Source: Planctomycetota bacterium (GTDB lineage: Bacteria > Planctomycetota > UBA1135 > UBA2386). Taken from it: DNA of 64,000 nucleotides. Positions 7,823 through 17,723 of the stretch are shown here, one piece after another; the first letter of the stretch is position 1; each line of letters opens with the position of its first letter. The notes under the pieces are model-generated. The model was given only the letters and a program-made list of their open reading frames with translations, was not told the DNA's origin and did no database searches. Location of the stretch: positions 5,088,001 to 5,152,000 of the forward strand of contig JBKAGP010000001.1 of NCBI GenBank assembly GCA_046290465.1. Direction: 5' to 3'. Both the position numbers and the translations under genes were made by a program.

Positions 7823-10800
7823 ATGCGCGCCAACCTGCTCCTTCTGTCCGCCGGGGTGCTCGCCCTGGGCGGTGTGCTGCCCGCCCAGAACCCGACCCCG
7901 GTGATCGAACTGCCGACCGGGATCGACCCCGCCGACCTGCCGCCCGAAGTGCGCGCGCGCCTCGAACAGATGCAGGCGCAGGGTGCCCAGGGCCCGCAGG
8001 GCCAGCAGCCGGCAGCCGGCAACAACGCGCAGGACCAAAAGCAGGCCGCCGAGGCGGCGAAGCTGCAGAAGCGGCTGGTCGCGTTCAAGAAGCTGGTGTT
8101 CGACCGGCGGCCGTCGTCGATCCTCAAGGCGTGGGCGCAACCGGAGCTGAAGCCGTACGACCCAAAGGAGGAGGAGAAGAAGGGCAAGGACGGCAAGCCC
8201 GCCGGCGGTGCCGCCCAGCCGGGGGGACAGCCGGGGGGACAGCCGGGGGTGCAGCCGGGCAGCCAGCCCGGCACCCAGCCCGGCACAGCGTCGCCGACCA
8301 CCACCGGCTCGGCGCTGCAGCCGTCCTCGCGCGCGATCCGGATCTCGCGCACCAGCTCCGGCGCGACGCTGACAGCGCCGGCGCGCCCCGCCGCGACCAC
8401 GACTCCGGCGCAGCCGGTCGCGACCGGGACGCCGTCGAGCACCCCATCGAGCAGCTCGTCGAGCGCGATGAGCCCGGCGCAGATCCAAGCGCTGATCGAC
8501 GCCGAGACCGGCGGCAAACCCGCCGAGGCCCAGCCCGCGGCGAACGGCGCCGCCGCCGCCGCCGCGCCAGCCGGCCCCAAGGCCGACCCGGCGCTCGAGG
8601 CCAAGATCCTGCAGCGTGAGTTGGAGATGCTGCAGCGGGACGTCACGCTGAGCCGCTGGGACGAGGTCGCGAAGTTCTTCGACACGCTCGCCGAGAAGGA
8701 CCGCAAGGGCGCCTACGAGCACTTCCTGAAGACGCTGCTGCGCCACCCGAACAAGCCGCCGAGCCGGCTGCCGGCCAACCTGCAGGAGAAGAACCGCTTC
8801 TCGTTCGACGAGGCGTTCGTGCTCGCCGGCATGGCGCCGGGCGGCTTCGACAAGCAGCAGGCCAAGCTGCTCGGCCCGATCGTGCAGCGCGCGATGGACG
8901 GCGGCGGCGTGCGCGAGGAGTGGATCCGCCTGCTCGGCATCGAGGTTGGCAAGGCCAAGGAGACCCGTCGCGTCGATCGCCGTGAGGCGGCGCTGATCCT
9001 GTCGGCGCTCAACATGAACGACGAGCTCGGTGCCTTCCTGCCGACGGCGTCGCAGGCCGAGAAGAACGACGACCGCGAGGCGTTCAACCTGCTGGCGCGC
9101 CACGCGCTGGCGATGTACGCGAAGGACAACCGCGGCGATTGGCTGGAGACCGCGTGGGAGGTCACGCAGGCGGCGCTCGCCAAGGGCGAGATCCAGAAGG
9201 CGCAGAAGGAGGAGGCCCTGCGCCGTGCCGTCGACCTCGCGCCGAAGGTCCGCGCCGAGCTCGGTCCGGCGTGGCTCGAGAAGTCGTTCACCGAACGTCC
9301 CGAGCGCGGCATGGAGATCGTCGCGACGATCGGCGGCCAGGTCGCGTCCGGGTTCGCGACGCAGGCGCGCAACGCCAGCTATCGCGCGACCGGCCTGAAG
9401 CTGCAGAAGACCGCGGTCGAGGCGCTGCTCGCGACCGCGCCGAAGCTCGCCGACGAGTGGAAGGAGACGCTCGAGCTGCTGGCCGCCGGCTGGGTGCAGG
9501 AGGCGTCGCACAGCAACCGCTACTCGAAGACGACCTCGTACGGTTCGTACATGGAGCGCGACTCGTTCGGCAACGTCTACTGGACCAACCGCCGCATGGG
9601 CGGTGGGGGCCAGGTGACGGCGATCGAACCCGAGGACCTGCTCGAGTCGCAGCCGAGCGATCGCTGGGCGTCGCTGCTCGGCGCCGACCTGCGGCCGAAC
9701 TTCACGACGGTGTCGGCGCAGCTGTGGCTGAAGGTCAACGAGTACGACAAGGCGTTCCCGTACATCGAGCGCCTGGCGACCACCAACGGCCGCAAGGCCA
9801 AGGAGCTCGCCGACGAGTTCCTGCGGGTCTGGAAGCGCAACAACAACCCCAACGCGTCCAACCGCGGCAGCAACTACATCTACGTCTACGGCTTCAGCGA
9901 TCGTGCCAACTCGATCCCGCTGACCCGCAGTAAGCAGGAGCGCAACCTGAAGGAGCTGTCCGACTACGTCGCGCGGCTGCGCGCGCTGCCGATGGAGCCG
10001 GTCGACGCCAACCTGCTGACCGAGGCGTTCGTCGCTGCGCACAGCCTCGCCGAGGTCTACCAGCTCGACACGATCCGGCAGGTGTTCGGCGAGATCTCCG
10101 AGCTCGACCCGATCGTGCTCGGCCAGCTGATCGGCCGCATGCGCATGAACCTCGCGACGGTCTGGCGCACGCCGTCCGTGCAGCAGCAGGCCAAGACGCG
10201 CCGTTCGCAGAAGGAGATGATGCAGGAGGTCGCCAACGGCTACGCCACGGCGCTCAAGCTCGCGCAGGACTCGCTGATCTCGCGCGGCCGCCACTGGTCG
10301 CTGTTGACCGCGGTCGCGACGCTGCTGCACGACCAGAACAACTTCAAGAAGGAGATCATGCCCGACAGCTCCTTCAGCGAGGTGCGCAAGGGCGCCTTCG
10401 AACTGCTCGCCGAGGCCGCCGACCACTACGCGTCGGTGTGCGCCGACATGACGCGCAACGAGGAGACCGACACGGTCTTCACCAGCTGGTTCTACGCCGC
10501 GCTCGGCGCGTCGGACCTCGGCGCGATCGACGAGACGATGGTGGTCGCCAACAGCCAGCTGCCGCGGATCAAGGAGGCGATGGAGGCGCTGCCGGACGGC
10601 AGCCGCGAGCGCATGCAGGCGCGCTTCGCCAACCTGCTGTTCACGCGCATGTCGTCGGTCAAGCCGGACATCAAGTTCCGCTACCTGAAGGCGGGCTTCG
10701 AGATCACCGGCGACCACGAGCAGACCAAGAAGGCTCGTGAGGTCTGGCAGTACTACCAGGACCTGATCGGCGAGATCCGCCTCGAGGTCGTCGTCGACGG

Positions 10801-11950
10801 CTCCTCGCAGGTCGGCACCGAGCCGTTCGGCGTGCGCATCGACATCGTGCACACCGACGCGGTCGGCCGCGAGAGCGGTGGCTTCCAGAAGTACGCGACC
10901 AACCAGAACAACATGCAGTACGCGTACAACTACGGTCGCCCGACCGAGAACTACCGCGACAAGTTCCACGACGCCGCGATCGCGTCGCTGCAGGAGAACT
11001 TCGAGATCCTCAGCGCGACGTTCAACAGCGAGAACATGGAGCCGCTGCAGGGCGACGAGGACGGCTGGCAGCGCACGCCGTATGCCTATCTGTTGCTGCA
11101 GGCTCGCGGCCCGCAGGTCGACCGCATCCCCGAGGTGAAGCTCGACCTCGACTTCAAGGACACCACGGGCTTCTTCATCATGCCCGTGGTCTCGTCGCCG
11201 GTCGCGGTCGACGCGTCGCGCGAGCAGCTGCAGCGGCCGTTCGAAGGTCTCGAGGTGTCGCAGCTGCTCGACGAACGCAAGGTCGACGAGGGCAAGGTGA
11301 CGCTCGAGATCAAGGCCAAGAGCGAAGGCCTGGTGCCCGACCTCGAGGACATCCTCGAGCTGGAGACGCCCGGCTTCAAGGTCAGCAAGATGGACGACCA
11401 GGGGGCCGCGGTGGTGCGGTTCTCACCCGACCAGGACGCGATCGAGAGCGAGCGCGTCTGGCTGATCGCGCTCGAGCCGGAGAGCGCGGGCGCGAGCCCC
11501 GGCAGCTTCCGCTTCGGCCAGCCGAAGCTGGACGACATGAAGACGACCTACCAGCGCTACGACGACGCCGACCTCGAGACGGTCACCGCCGAGATCGCGC
11601 TGCGGCGCGGGCCGATCGGCTCGAACCCCTGGTGGGCCTGGCTGCTGCTCGGCGCTGGCGCGGTGCTCTACCTGGTGTGGTTCTTCTTCGCCAAGCCGGC
11701 CGACAGCGCGCCGGTCGAGGACGTCGCCGCGCTGCGCATGCCCGAGTCGGTGACGCCGTTCTCGGTGCTGGCGCTGCTGCACCAGATCCGGATGCGCGGC
11801 GACTTCGTCGACGAGCAGCGCACGTTGCTCGAGGTCGACATGCGCCGCATCGAGGCCGGGTACTTCGACAAGGCCGCCGAGGCCGCCGAGTCCGGCGAGC
11901 GCGCCGACCTCGAGAAGATCGCCCGCCACTGGCTGAGCAAGGCGAGCTGA
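7823..11950 (+). CDS. Large exported, C-terminally membrane-anchored protein (1375 aa) heading the MoxR-vWA cluster
   Basis: RBS AGGAG at 7811, signal peptide, QPG[GVST] repeats, helical middle, beta-rich BatD-like segment, TM near the C-terminus. Confidence 0.8.
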   Translation: MRANLLLLSAGVLALGGVLPAQNPTPVIELPTGIDPADLPPEVRARLEQMQAQGAQGPQGQQPAAGNNAQDQKQAAEAAKLQKRLVAFKKLVFDRRPSSILKAWAQPELKPYDPKEEEKKGKDGKPAGGAAQPGGQPGGQPGVQPGSQPGTQPGTASPTTTGSALQPSSRAIRISRTSSGATLTAPARPAATTTPAQPVATGTPSSTPSSSSSSAMSPAQIQALIDAETGGKPAEAQPAANGAAAAAAPAGPKADPALEAKILQRELEMLQRDVTLSRWDEVAKFFDTLAEKDRKGAYEHFLKTLLRHPNKPPSRLPANLQEKNRFSFDEAFVLAGMAPGGFDKQQAKLLGPIVQRAMDGGGVREEWIRLLGIEVGKAKETRRVDRREAALILSALNMNDELGAFLPTASQAEKNDDREAFNLLARHALAMYAKDNRGDWLETAWEVTQAALAKGEIQKAQKEEALRRAVDLAPKVRAELGPAWLEKSFTERPERGMEIVATIGGQVASGFATQARNASYRATGLKLQKTAVEALLATAPKLADEWKETLELLAAGWVQEASHSNRYSKTTSYGSYMERDSFGNVYWTNRRMGGGGQVTAIEPEDLLESQPSDRWASLLGADLRPNFTTVSAQLWLKVNEYDKAFPYIERLATTNGRKAKELADEFLRVWKRNNNPNASNRGSNYIYVYGFSDRANSIPLTRSKQERNLKELSDYVARLRALPMEPVDANLLTEAFVAAHSLAEVYQLDTIRQVFGEISELDPIVLGQLIGRMRMNLATVWRTPSVQQQAKTRRSQKEMMQEVANGYATALKLAQDSLISRGRHWSLLTAVATLLHDQNNFKKEIMPDSSFSEVRKGAFELLAEAADHYASVCADMTRNEETDTVFTSWFYAALGASDLGAIDETMVVANSQLPRIKEAMEALPDGSRERMQARFANLLFTRMSSVKPDIKFRYLKAGFEITGDHEQTKKAREVWQYYQDLIGEIRLEVVVDGSSQVGTEPFGVRIDIVHTDAVGRESGGFQKYATNQNNMQYAYNYGRPTENYRDKFHDAAIASLQENFEILSATFNSENMEPLQGDEDGWQRTPYAYLLLQARGPQVDRIPEVKLDLDFKDTTGFFIMPVVSSPVAVDASREQLQRPFEGLEVSQLLDERKVDEGKVTLEIKAKSEGLVPDLEDILELETPGFKVSKMDDQGAAVVRFSPDQDAIESERVWLIALEPESAGASPGSFRFGQPKLDDMKTTYQRYDDADLETVTAEIALRRGPIGSNPWWAWLLLGAGAVLYLVWFFFAKPADSAPVEDVAALRMPESVTPFSVLALLHQIRMRGDFVDEQRTLLEVDMRRIEAGYFDKAAEAAESGERADLEKIARHWLSKAS

Positions 11951-12007
11951 TCGCCAGCCGCGCTCCCGCAATCCACCCGCACGACCCCTCCGCAGCTCTT
12001 CGTCACC

Positions 12008-13009
12008 ATGACCGCTCCTGAAGCCCCCGCCGCCCGTTTCACCGAGACGCGCGAGTTCCTCGATCAGATCAAGTCCAAGGTCGGCACCGTCGTGGTCGGT
12101 CAGGACGTCGTCGTCGAGCGCGTGCTGATCGCGCTGCTGACGTCCGGCCACCTGCTGCTGCAGGGCGTGCCGGGCCTGGCAAAGACGCTGCTGGTCGCGG
12201 CCGTGTCGAAGACGGTCGACCTGGCGTTCGCGCGTATCCAGTTCACGATCGACCTGTTGCCGTCGGACATCGTCGGCAGCGAGATCCTCGACCAGAAGAC
12301 GCACGAGTTCCGGATCCACCAGGGCCCGATCTTCACCAACCTGCTGCTCGCCGACGAGATCAACCGCGCCGCCCCGAAGGTGCAGTCGGCGCTGCTCGAG
12401 GCGATGCAGGAGCGTCGGGTCACGATCGGCGGCGAGAACTTCGCGCTGCCGGCGCCGTTCCTGGTGATCGCGACGCAGAACCCGGTCGAGCAGGCCGGCA
12501 CGTTCGAGCTGCCCGAAGCGCAGCTCGACCGCTTCATGCTGCTGCACCGCCTCGAGTACCTGAAGCCCGAGGAAGAGAAGGAGGTGCTGCGCCGCAACAC
12601 CAAGCTGGGCGTACGACGTGAGGGCAAGGGCGCGGTCGCCCGCACCGAGTTCGACGTGCTCGACGGCCAGGACAAGGGCAGCGTCAAGCAGCTGGTCAAG
12701 GCGATGGAGGACGTGCAGGAGGTGCACGTCAGCGAGACGTTCATCGAGCACGTGATCGAGATCGTCAACCGCACCCGCAACCACCCGCTGCTCGAGCTCG
12801 GCTGCAGCCCGCGCGCCGGCATCTCGCTGGTCAAGGCTTCGCGCGCCCGCGCGCTGATCCACGGTCGCGACTACGTCGTGCCGGAGGACCTGTTCGCGCT
12901 GGCCGAGGACGTCATCCTGCACCGCATCCGCCTCAGCTATGAGGCGGTCGCCGACGGCTACACCAGCCAGCAGGTCCTGCAGGAGATCCTCAGCGAAGTC
13001 GCCAAATGA
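12008..13009 (+). CDS. moxR: MoxR-family AAA+ ATPase
   Basis: Walker A GVPGLAKT, RIQFTIDLLPSD, Walker B LLLADEINRA, ATQNPVEQAGTFELPEAQLDRF, SPRA. Confidence 0.96.
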   Translation: MTAPEAPAARFTETREFLDQIKSKVGTVVVGQDVVVERVLIALLTSGHLLLQGVPGLAKTLLVAAVSKTVDLAFARIQFTIDLLPSDIVGSEILDQKTHEFRIHQGPIFTNLLLADEINRAAPKVQSALLEAMQERRVTIGGENFALPAPFLVIATQNPVEQAGTFELPEAQLDRFMLLHRLEYLKPEEEKEVLRRNTKLGVRREGKGAVARTEFDVLDGQDKGSVKQLVKAMEDVQEVHVSETFIEHVIEIVNRTRNHPLLELGCSPRAGISLVKASRARALIHGRDYVVPEDLFALAEDVILHRIRLSYEAVADGYTSQQVLQEILSEVAK

Positions 13010-13962
13010 GCGGGGACGTGATCGACATGGGCGGTGGCGCGATGCCGCCGCCGCCGCCGCTGCCCCGCAAGCAGCGGCTCAGCATCCGCGAACGCGAGGC
13101 CAGCCTGCCCGGCATGCTGCCGGCCATCGAACCGTCGGCTGCGCGCAAGTTCGTGATCGCGATCCGTCGCCTGGCCGACGACCTCAGCTACGGACTCGAC
13201 GGTTCGCGCTTCCTCGGCTCGGGCATCGACTACGTGCAGTCGCGGCAGTACCTGCCGGGCGACCCGGTCAAGTCGATGGACTGGCGCGTCACCGCGCGCA
13301 CCAACCGCTACCACATCAAGGAGTACGAGGCGCAGCGCCGGATCCCGGCCTGGTTCCTGATCGACACGTCGGCGTCGATGGTGGTGTCGTCGACGAGGCG
13401 CAGCAAGTACGAGGTCGCGCTGCAGGTGGCCGGCGGGCTGGCGCTGGCGTGTCTCGATCGCACCAGCCCGGTCGGCGTGCTCGGCTGCGGCACGCGCGAC
13501 GTGCACATCCATCCGAGCCTCGCCAAGGACCAGGTGATGCAGTGGCTGCTGCGGCTGCGGCGCCACGCGTTCGACGAGCGCACGATGATGACGCGGCGGA
13601 TCCGCGAGCTGCGGCCGACGCTGCAGAGCCGTTCGATCCTCGTGATCCTCAGCGACCTGCACGAGCAGGGGGCTGCGCACAGCGCGGCGCTGCTGGCGCA
13701 GGAGCACGAGGTCGCGGTGATCCAGGTGCAGGACCCGGCCGAGGCGTCGCTGCCCGCCGGCGGCTTCCTGCGCGCGCAGGAGGCCGAGACCGGCCGTCCG
13801 TTCACCGCGCGCGGGCGCCGGCAGATGGTCGACCAGCTGCGCATCGAGAACGAGCTGCGCAAGGGCGGCGTCGACCACCTGATGCTGCGCACCGACGAAC
13901 CCTACCTGCACAAGCTGCGTCACTTCTTCCGCTCGCGCGGGATCTCGGGAGGCGGAAGGTGA
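13006..13962 (+). CDS. DUF58 domain protein
   Basis: GSGIDYVQSRQYLPGDPVKSMDWRVTAR, DTSASM and ILSDL. Lies immediately after moxR. Confidence 0.92.
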   Translation: MSGDVIDMGGGAMPPPPPLPRKQRLSIREREASLPGMLPAIEPSAARKFVIAIRRLADDLSYGLDGSRFLGSGIDYVQSRQYLPGDPVKSMDWRVTARTNRYHIKEYEAQRRIPAWFLIDTSASMVVSSTRRSKYEVALQVAGGLALACLDRTSPVGVLGCGTRDVHIHPSLAKDQVMQWLLRLRRHAFDERTMMTRRIRELRPTLQSRSILVILSDLHEQGAAHSAALLAQEHEVAVIQVQDPAEASLPAGGFLRAQEAETGRPFTARGRRQMVDQLRIENELRKGGVDHLMLRTDEPYLHKLRHFFRSRGISGGGR

Positions 13963-14774
13963 ACCACGTGACGTTGCGATTCCTGGCGGCGCTGCTGCTG
14001 TGCGCGGTGGCCGCCACCGCGCAGGTGCGCGACCAGCGCGAAGCCACCGTCGGCATGCGGGCCTACGTCGAGCAGGTCGTGCTCGAGGGCTCGGAGCTGG
14101 TCGCCGCGCCGACGACGATCCAGGCGCCGGTGCTGGTGCGCATCCTGCGCACGTTCGCGCATGGCGACCACCTCCGCTACGACCTCGAGTGGGTCGGCTT
14201 CGAGGAAGGCACCTATGACCTGACCGACTACCTGGTCCGCAAGGATGGCTCGTCGACCGAGGGGCTTCCCGACGTCGAGGTCGAGGTCGTCAGCGTGCTG
14301 CCGGGCGACATGTTCGAGCCGAGCGAGATCGATCCCGAACAGGGCCAGCGTCTCGGTGGTTACTCGGCGCTGCAGGTGGTGGTCACGGTGATCTGGGTCG
14401 CCGGCCTGCTGGCGATCCTGTTCTTCGGGCGCAAGCGCAAGGTCCGCGTCGACACGGCGCCGCCGAAGCCGACGCTCGCCGACCGCCTGCGCCCGCTGGT
14501 CGAACGGGTCACGTCGGGCGACGCCGAGGAGGCCCAGAAGGCCGAACTCGAACGGTTGCTGGTCGCGTTCTGGCGGGCGCGTCTCGACCTCGGCGACCTG
14601 AAGGTCGCCGACGCGGTGATGGCGATCCGTCGCGACGACGAGGCCGGCAAGCTGCTGCGCCACATCGAGACGTGGCTGCACGCACCGGAGCCGCCGAAGG
14701 ACGTCGATCTCGGCAAGCTGCTCGAGCCGTACCGTTCGGTCACCGCCGACCAGTTCCAACCGGAGGCCCGCTGA
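13959..14774 (+). CDS. Exported membrane-anchored accessory protein of the MoxR-vWA cluster
   Basis: GTGA overlap, signal peptide, one TM (VVVTVIWVAGLLAILFFG), cytoplasmic helical tail. Confidence 0.75.
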   Translation: MNHVTLRFLAALLLCAVAATAQVRDQREATVGMRAYVEQVVLEGSELVAAPTTIQAPVLVRILRTFAHGDHLRYDLEWVGFEEGTYDLTDYLVRKDGSSTEGLPDVEVEVVSVLPGDMFEPSEIDPEQGQRLGGYSALQVVVTVIWVAGLLAILFFGRKRKVRVDTAPPKPTLADRLRPLVERVTSGDAEEAQKAELERLLVAFWRARLDLGDLKVADAVMAIRRDDEAGKLLRHIETWLHAPEPPKDVDLGKLLEPYRSVTADQFQPEAR

Positions 14775-15695
14775 ATGTTCGCCCGTCCCTGGTTGTTGCT
14801 GCTGCTGGCGCTGCCGGTGATCCACCTCTACTGGGTGTGGGCGCGCCGCAGCGGTCGCTTCTCGATGCCGTTCGACTCCGACGGCAGCCGGCGCCTCGGC
14901 AGCGGCTGGTTGATGCGCGGCCTGCTCGGTATCGGCGAGTCGCTGCCGGCGCTGCTGTTCGCGGTTGCGATCCTGCTGATCGCGCTGCCGCAGGAACTGG
15001 CGGCGCCGAAGAAGAAGCGCGCGTTGACCAACATCCAGTTCCTGGTCGACATCTCCGGCTCGATGAGCGCGAAGTTCGGGGAGGGCAACCGGTTCGACGC
15101 CTCGATGAAGGCGATCGACGAGTTCCTGTCGTTCCGCGAGGGCGACTCGTTCGGGCTGACGTTCTTCGGCAACAACTACCTGCACTGGTCGCCGCTGACG
15201 AGCGACCCGTCGGCGCTGCGCAACGCGCTGCCGTTCATGGGGCCGGGCAACGCGCCGCCGGGATTCGGTGGCACCGAGATCGGCAAGGCCGTGCTGGGGG
15301 CCCGCGAGGTGCTGACCTCGCGGCCGGATGGCGACCGCATGATGATCCTGGTCACCGACGGCGACAGCCCCGACCTCGAAGGTGGCGCCGCGATGCAGAT
15401 CGCCAAGCGGCTGCGCGCCGACGAGATCCGGCTGTTCGCGATCAACATCCAGGACCGTGAGGCGAAGGCGCCGCTCGTCAACCTCGCCCGCACCAGCGGC
15501 GGCGAGGTCTGGAACCCCGGTGATCGCTCGGCGCTCGCCAACGTGTTCGCCGAGATCGACAAGATGAACAAGGCCAAGATCGAGCAGGGCACGGCCGAAC
15601 TGGTCGACTGGTTCTTCCCGTTCTGCGTCGCCGGCCTGAGCGTGCTCGGGGCGTTCGTCCTGTTCCTGCTCGGATGGAGGCACACGCCGTGGTAG
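14775..15695 (+). CDS. vWA domain membrane protein (BatA-like)
   Basis: BatA-type N-terminus MFARPWLLLLLALP, MIDAS DISGSMS, GGTEIG, LVTDG, C-terminal TM. Confidence 0.9.
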   Translation: MFARPWLLLLLALPVIHLYWVWARRSGRFSMPFDSDGSRRLGSGWLMRGLLGIGESLPALLFAVAILLIALPQELAAPKKKRALTNIQFLVDISGSMSAKFGEGNRFDASMKAIDEFLSFREGDSFGLTFFGNNYLHWSPLTSDPSALRNALPFMGPGNAPPGFGGTEIGKAVLGAREVLTSRPDGDRMMILVTDGDSPDLEGGAAMQIAKRLRADEIRLFAINIQDREAKAPLVNLARTSGGEVWNPGDRSALANVFAEIDKMNKAKIEQGTAELVDWFFPFCVAGLSVLGAFVLFLLGWRHTPW

Positions 15696-16666
15696 CGCTC
15701 TACGTGGCGCTCGGCGTCTTCCTGGTGGCGATGATCGGCGAGGTGCTGCACGCACGTCGCGTGCACCGCGTCCGCCACCTGGTGTTCGGCCCGACCGGCG
15801 CGCCCGCGAAGTGGGCCGTGGTCGCGCCGTTCGTCCGGATCCTGTCGGGCAGCTTGCTCGCCTGGGGGCTGACCACCCTGATCTACGTCGAGCCGCAGGT
15901 GCACGCCGGCGAGGAGATCCCCGACGAAGAGTGGCGTCACCTGCTGCTGGTCTACGACGTCTCGCCGAGCATGCTGCTCAAGGACGCCGGCGCCAGCGGC
16001 GACCAGACCCGCCACGAACGTGCCCGCGAGCTGATCGAGTCGATGTTCGAGCGCGTCAAGATCGGCCAGTACAAGGTCACGGTGATCGCGACCTACAACG
16101 GCGCCAAGCCGGTGGTCACCGACACCAAGGACATCGAGGTCGTGCGCCACATGCTGAGCGAGGTCGACCTGCAGTACGCGTTCAAGGTCGGCAAGACCAA
16201 GCTGTTCGACGGCATCGAGGTCGCGTGCCAGATCGCCCGGCCGTGGCGCGTCAACAGCGCGCTGCTGGTGGTCGTCAGCGACGGCGACACGGTGCCGGCG
16301 ACCGGCATGCCCGAGCTGCCGCCGTCGGTCGGCGGCACGCTGGTCATCGGCGTCGGCGACCATCTGTCCGGCAGCTTCATCGGCGGCCAGCAGTCGCGGC
16401 AGGACGAGAGCACGCTGCGCCAGGTCGCGATCCGGATGGGCGGCGAGTTCCACAACGGCAACCGCCGCCAGGTGCCGAGCGACATCCTCGATGCCGCCGC
16501 CAAGGACTCGCGCAAGCCGCTGCTCGAGCAGCTGACGCTGCGCGAGTACGCATTGATCGCGGTGCTGCTGTCGTCGCTGCTGCTGGCGTTGCTGCCGGTG
16601 CTGCTGCACTACTTCGGCACCAGCTGGCGTCCCGGCGTCCCGGCGGCGCGTCGCGTCGCGGCGTAG
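15674..16666 (+). CDS. vWA domain membrane protein (BatB-like)
   Basis: Two N-terminal TMs, MIDAS DVSPSM, VVSDGD, C-terminal TM. The true start may be the GTG at 15689. Confidence 0.85.
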   Translation: MEAHAVVALYVALGVFLVAMIGEVLHARRVHRVRHLVFGPTGAPAKWAVVAPFVRILSGSLLAWGLTTLIYVEPQVHAGEEIPDEEWRHLLLVYDVSPSMLLKDAGASGDQTRHERARELIESMFERVKIGQYKVTVIATYNGAKPVVTDTKDIEVVRHMLSEVDLQYAFKVGKTKLFDGIEVACQIARPWRVNSALLVVVSDGDTVPATGMPELPPSVGGTLVIGVGDHLSGSFIGGQQSRQDESTLRQVAIRMGGEFHNGNRRQVPSDILDAAAKDSRKPLLEQLTLREYALIAVLLSSLLLALLPVLLHYFGTSWRPGVPAARRVAA

Positions 16667-16670
16667 GGCG

Positions 16671-17216
16671 ATGCCGTTCTCGACCGACATCGCGCTGCGC
16701 CGCGAGGCGGAACCGCGGTTTCCGTCGCAGTGCGTGCGGTGCCTCGCCGACGATCCTGACCGGATGAAGTTCTCCGGCAGCCGCTTCTCGTGGGCCGAGG
16801 TGTTCTTCTTCTGGCTGTGGCTGTTCCGCAAGCGCGTGCGCGTCGAGGTGCCGGTCTGCGACGCCTGCCGGCCGGCCGTGCGCTGGCGCAAGTGGCTCGA
16901 GCTGGCGGTGTTGCTCGGCGCGACGATCCCGGCGGTCGTGCTGCTCTACCCGTGGCTGAAGCAGTTCGACCTCGGCCGGCAGTGGAACAAGCTGATCGTG
17001 TTGGCCGTGGTCGTGGTCGCGCTGATGCCGTACTTCCTGTGGTCGGTGCTGCGGCCGCCGGCGTTCGACATCACGGTGCGCGACGAGGTCATCGAGTACG
17101 AGTTCGCCAACGCCGACTACGCCACGGTGTTCTGGGAGCAGAACCAGGAGATGGTCGAGCACGTCGAGGGCTTCGACGACGACGACGGCGATGATAACGA
17201 CGAGGAGCCCAGGTGA
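16671..17216 (+). CDS. Hypothetical membrane protein with two CxxC motifs
   Basis: CVRC and CDAC, two TM helices, acidic tail. Confidence 0.7.
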   Translation: MPFSTDIALRREAEPRFPSQCVRCLADDPDRMKFSGSRFSWAEVFFFWLWLFRKRVRVEVPVCDACRPAVRWRKWLELAVLLGATIPAVVLLYPWLKQFDLGRQWNKLIVLAVVVVALMPYFLWSVLRPPAFDITVRDEVIEYEFANADYATVFWEQNQEMVEHVEGFDDDDGDDNDEEPR

Positions 17217-17638
17217 GCGGGGAGCCGCCGCCGCTGCCGAAGCCCCGCACCGGTCGCAGCCGGGCCGGGGTCCTGCTGCAGATCGGCCTCGTCGTCGCGC
17301 TGGGGCTGCTGTCGCGCCGCTTCCCCCTGCCGGGAATCCTTGCCGAGCACACCGGCGACGCGCTCTATGCGGTCGCCGCCTACTTCGCGACCGCGTTCGT
17401 GTTCCCGGCGGCGTCGCGGCCGGCGCTGGTCTGTGCGGCGTTTGGCTTCAGCGCGGCGGTGGAGTTCTCGCAGATGCTCAGCTGGCCGTGGCTACGGGAC
17501 TTACGTGCAACTCGGCCGGGCGCGCTGCTGCTCGGGCAGGGCTTCCAGCGGGCCGATCTGGTCGCCTACGCGATCGGCGCGGTGCTGGCGGGGCTGGGAG
17601 ATCGTTGGCGCCCACACCGCGACGAACCGGCGCCGTAA
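17213..17638 (+). CDS. DUF2809-like membrane protein
   Basis: GDALYA, VEFSQ and LRATRPGALLLGQGF..DLVAYAIG match the DUF2809 pattern. Confidence 0.8.
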   Translation: MSGEPPPLPKPRTGRSRAGVLLQIGLVVALGLLSRRFPLPGILAEHTGDALYAVAAYFATAFVFPAASRPALVCAAFGFSAAVEFSQMLSWPWLRDLRATRPGALLLGQGFQRADLVAYAIGAVLAGLGDRWRPHRDEPAP

Positions 17639-17723
17639 CAAATGTGATGGGTTCGCCCGGAGGCGGTCCAGGGCCGATAGACTCGACACTCCGCGCCGGT
17701 GGTCGGCGCACCCCTCAGAACAC

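Noticed and set aside
11948..11950. Sec readthrough at other TGA stops (e.g. 11950, 51787, 47990, 35970, 61116)
   Set aside because: No Cys-motif context, plausible in-frame extension or GGUC-loop hairpin was seen downstream.
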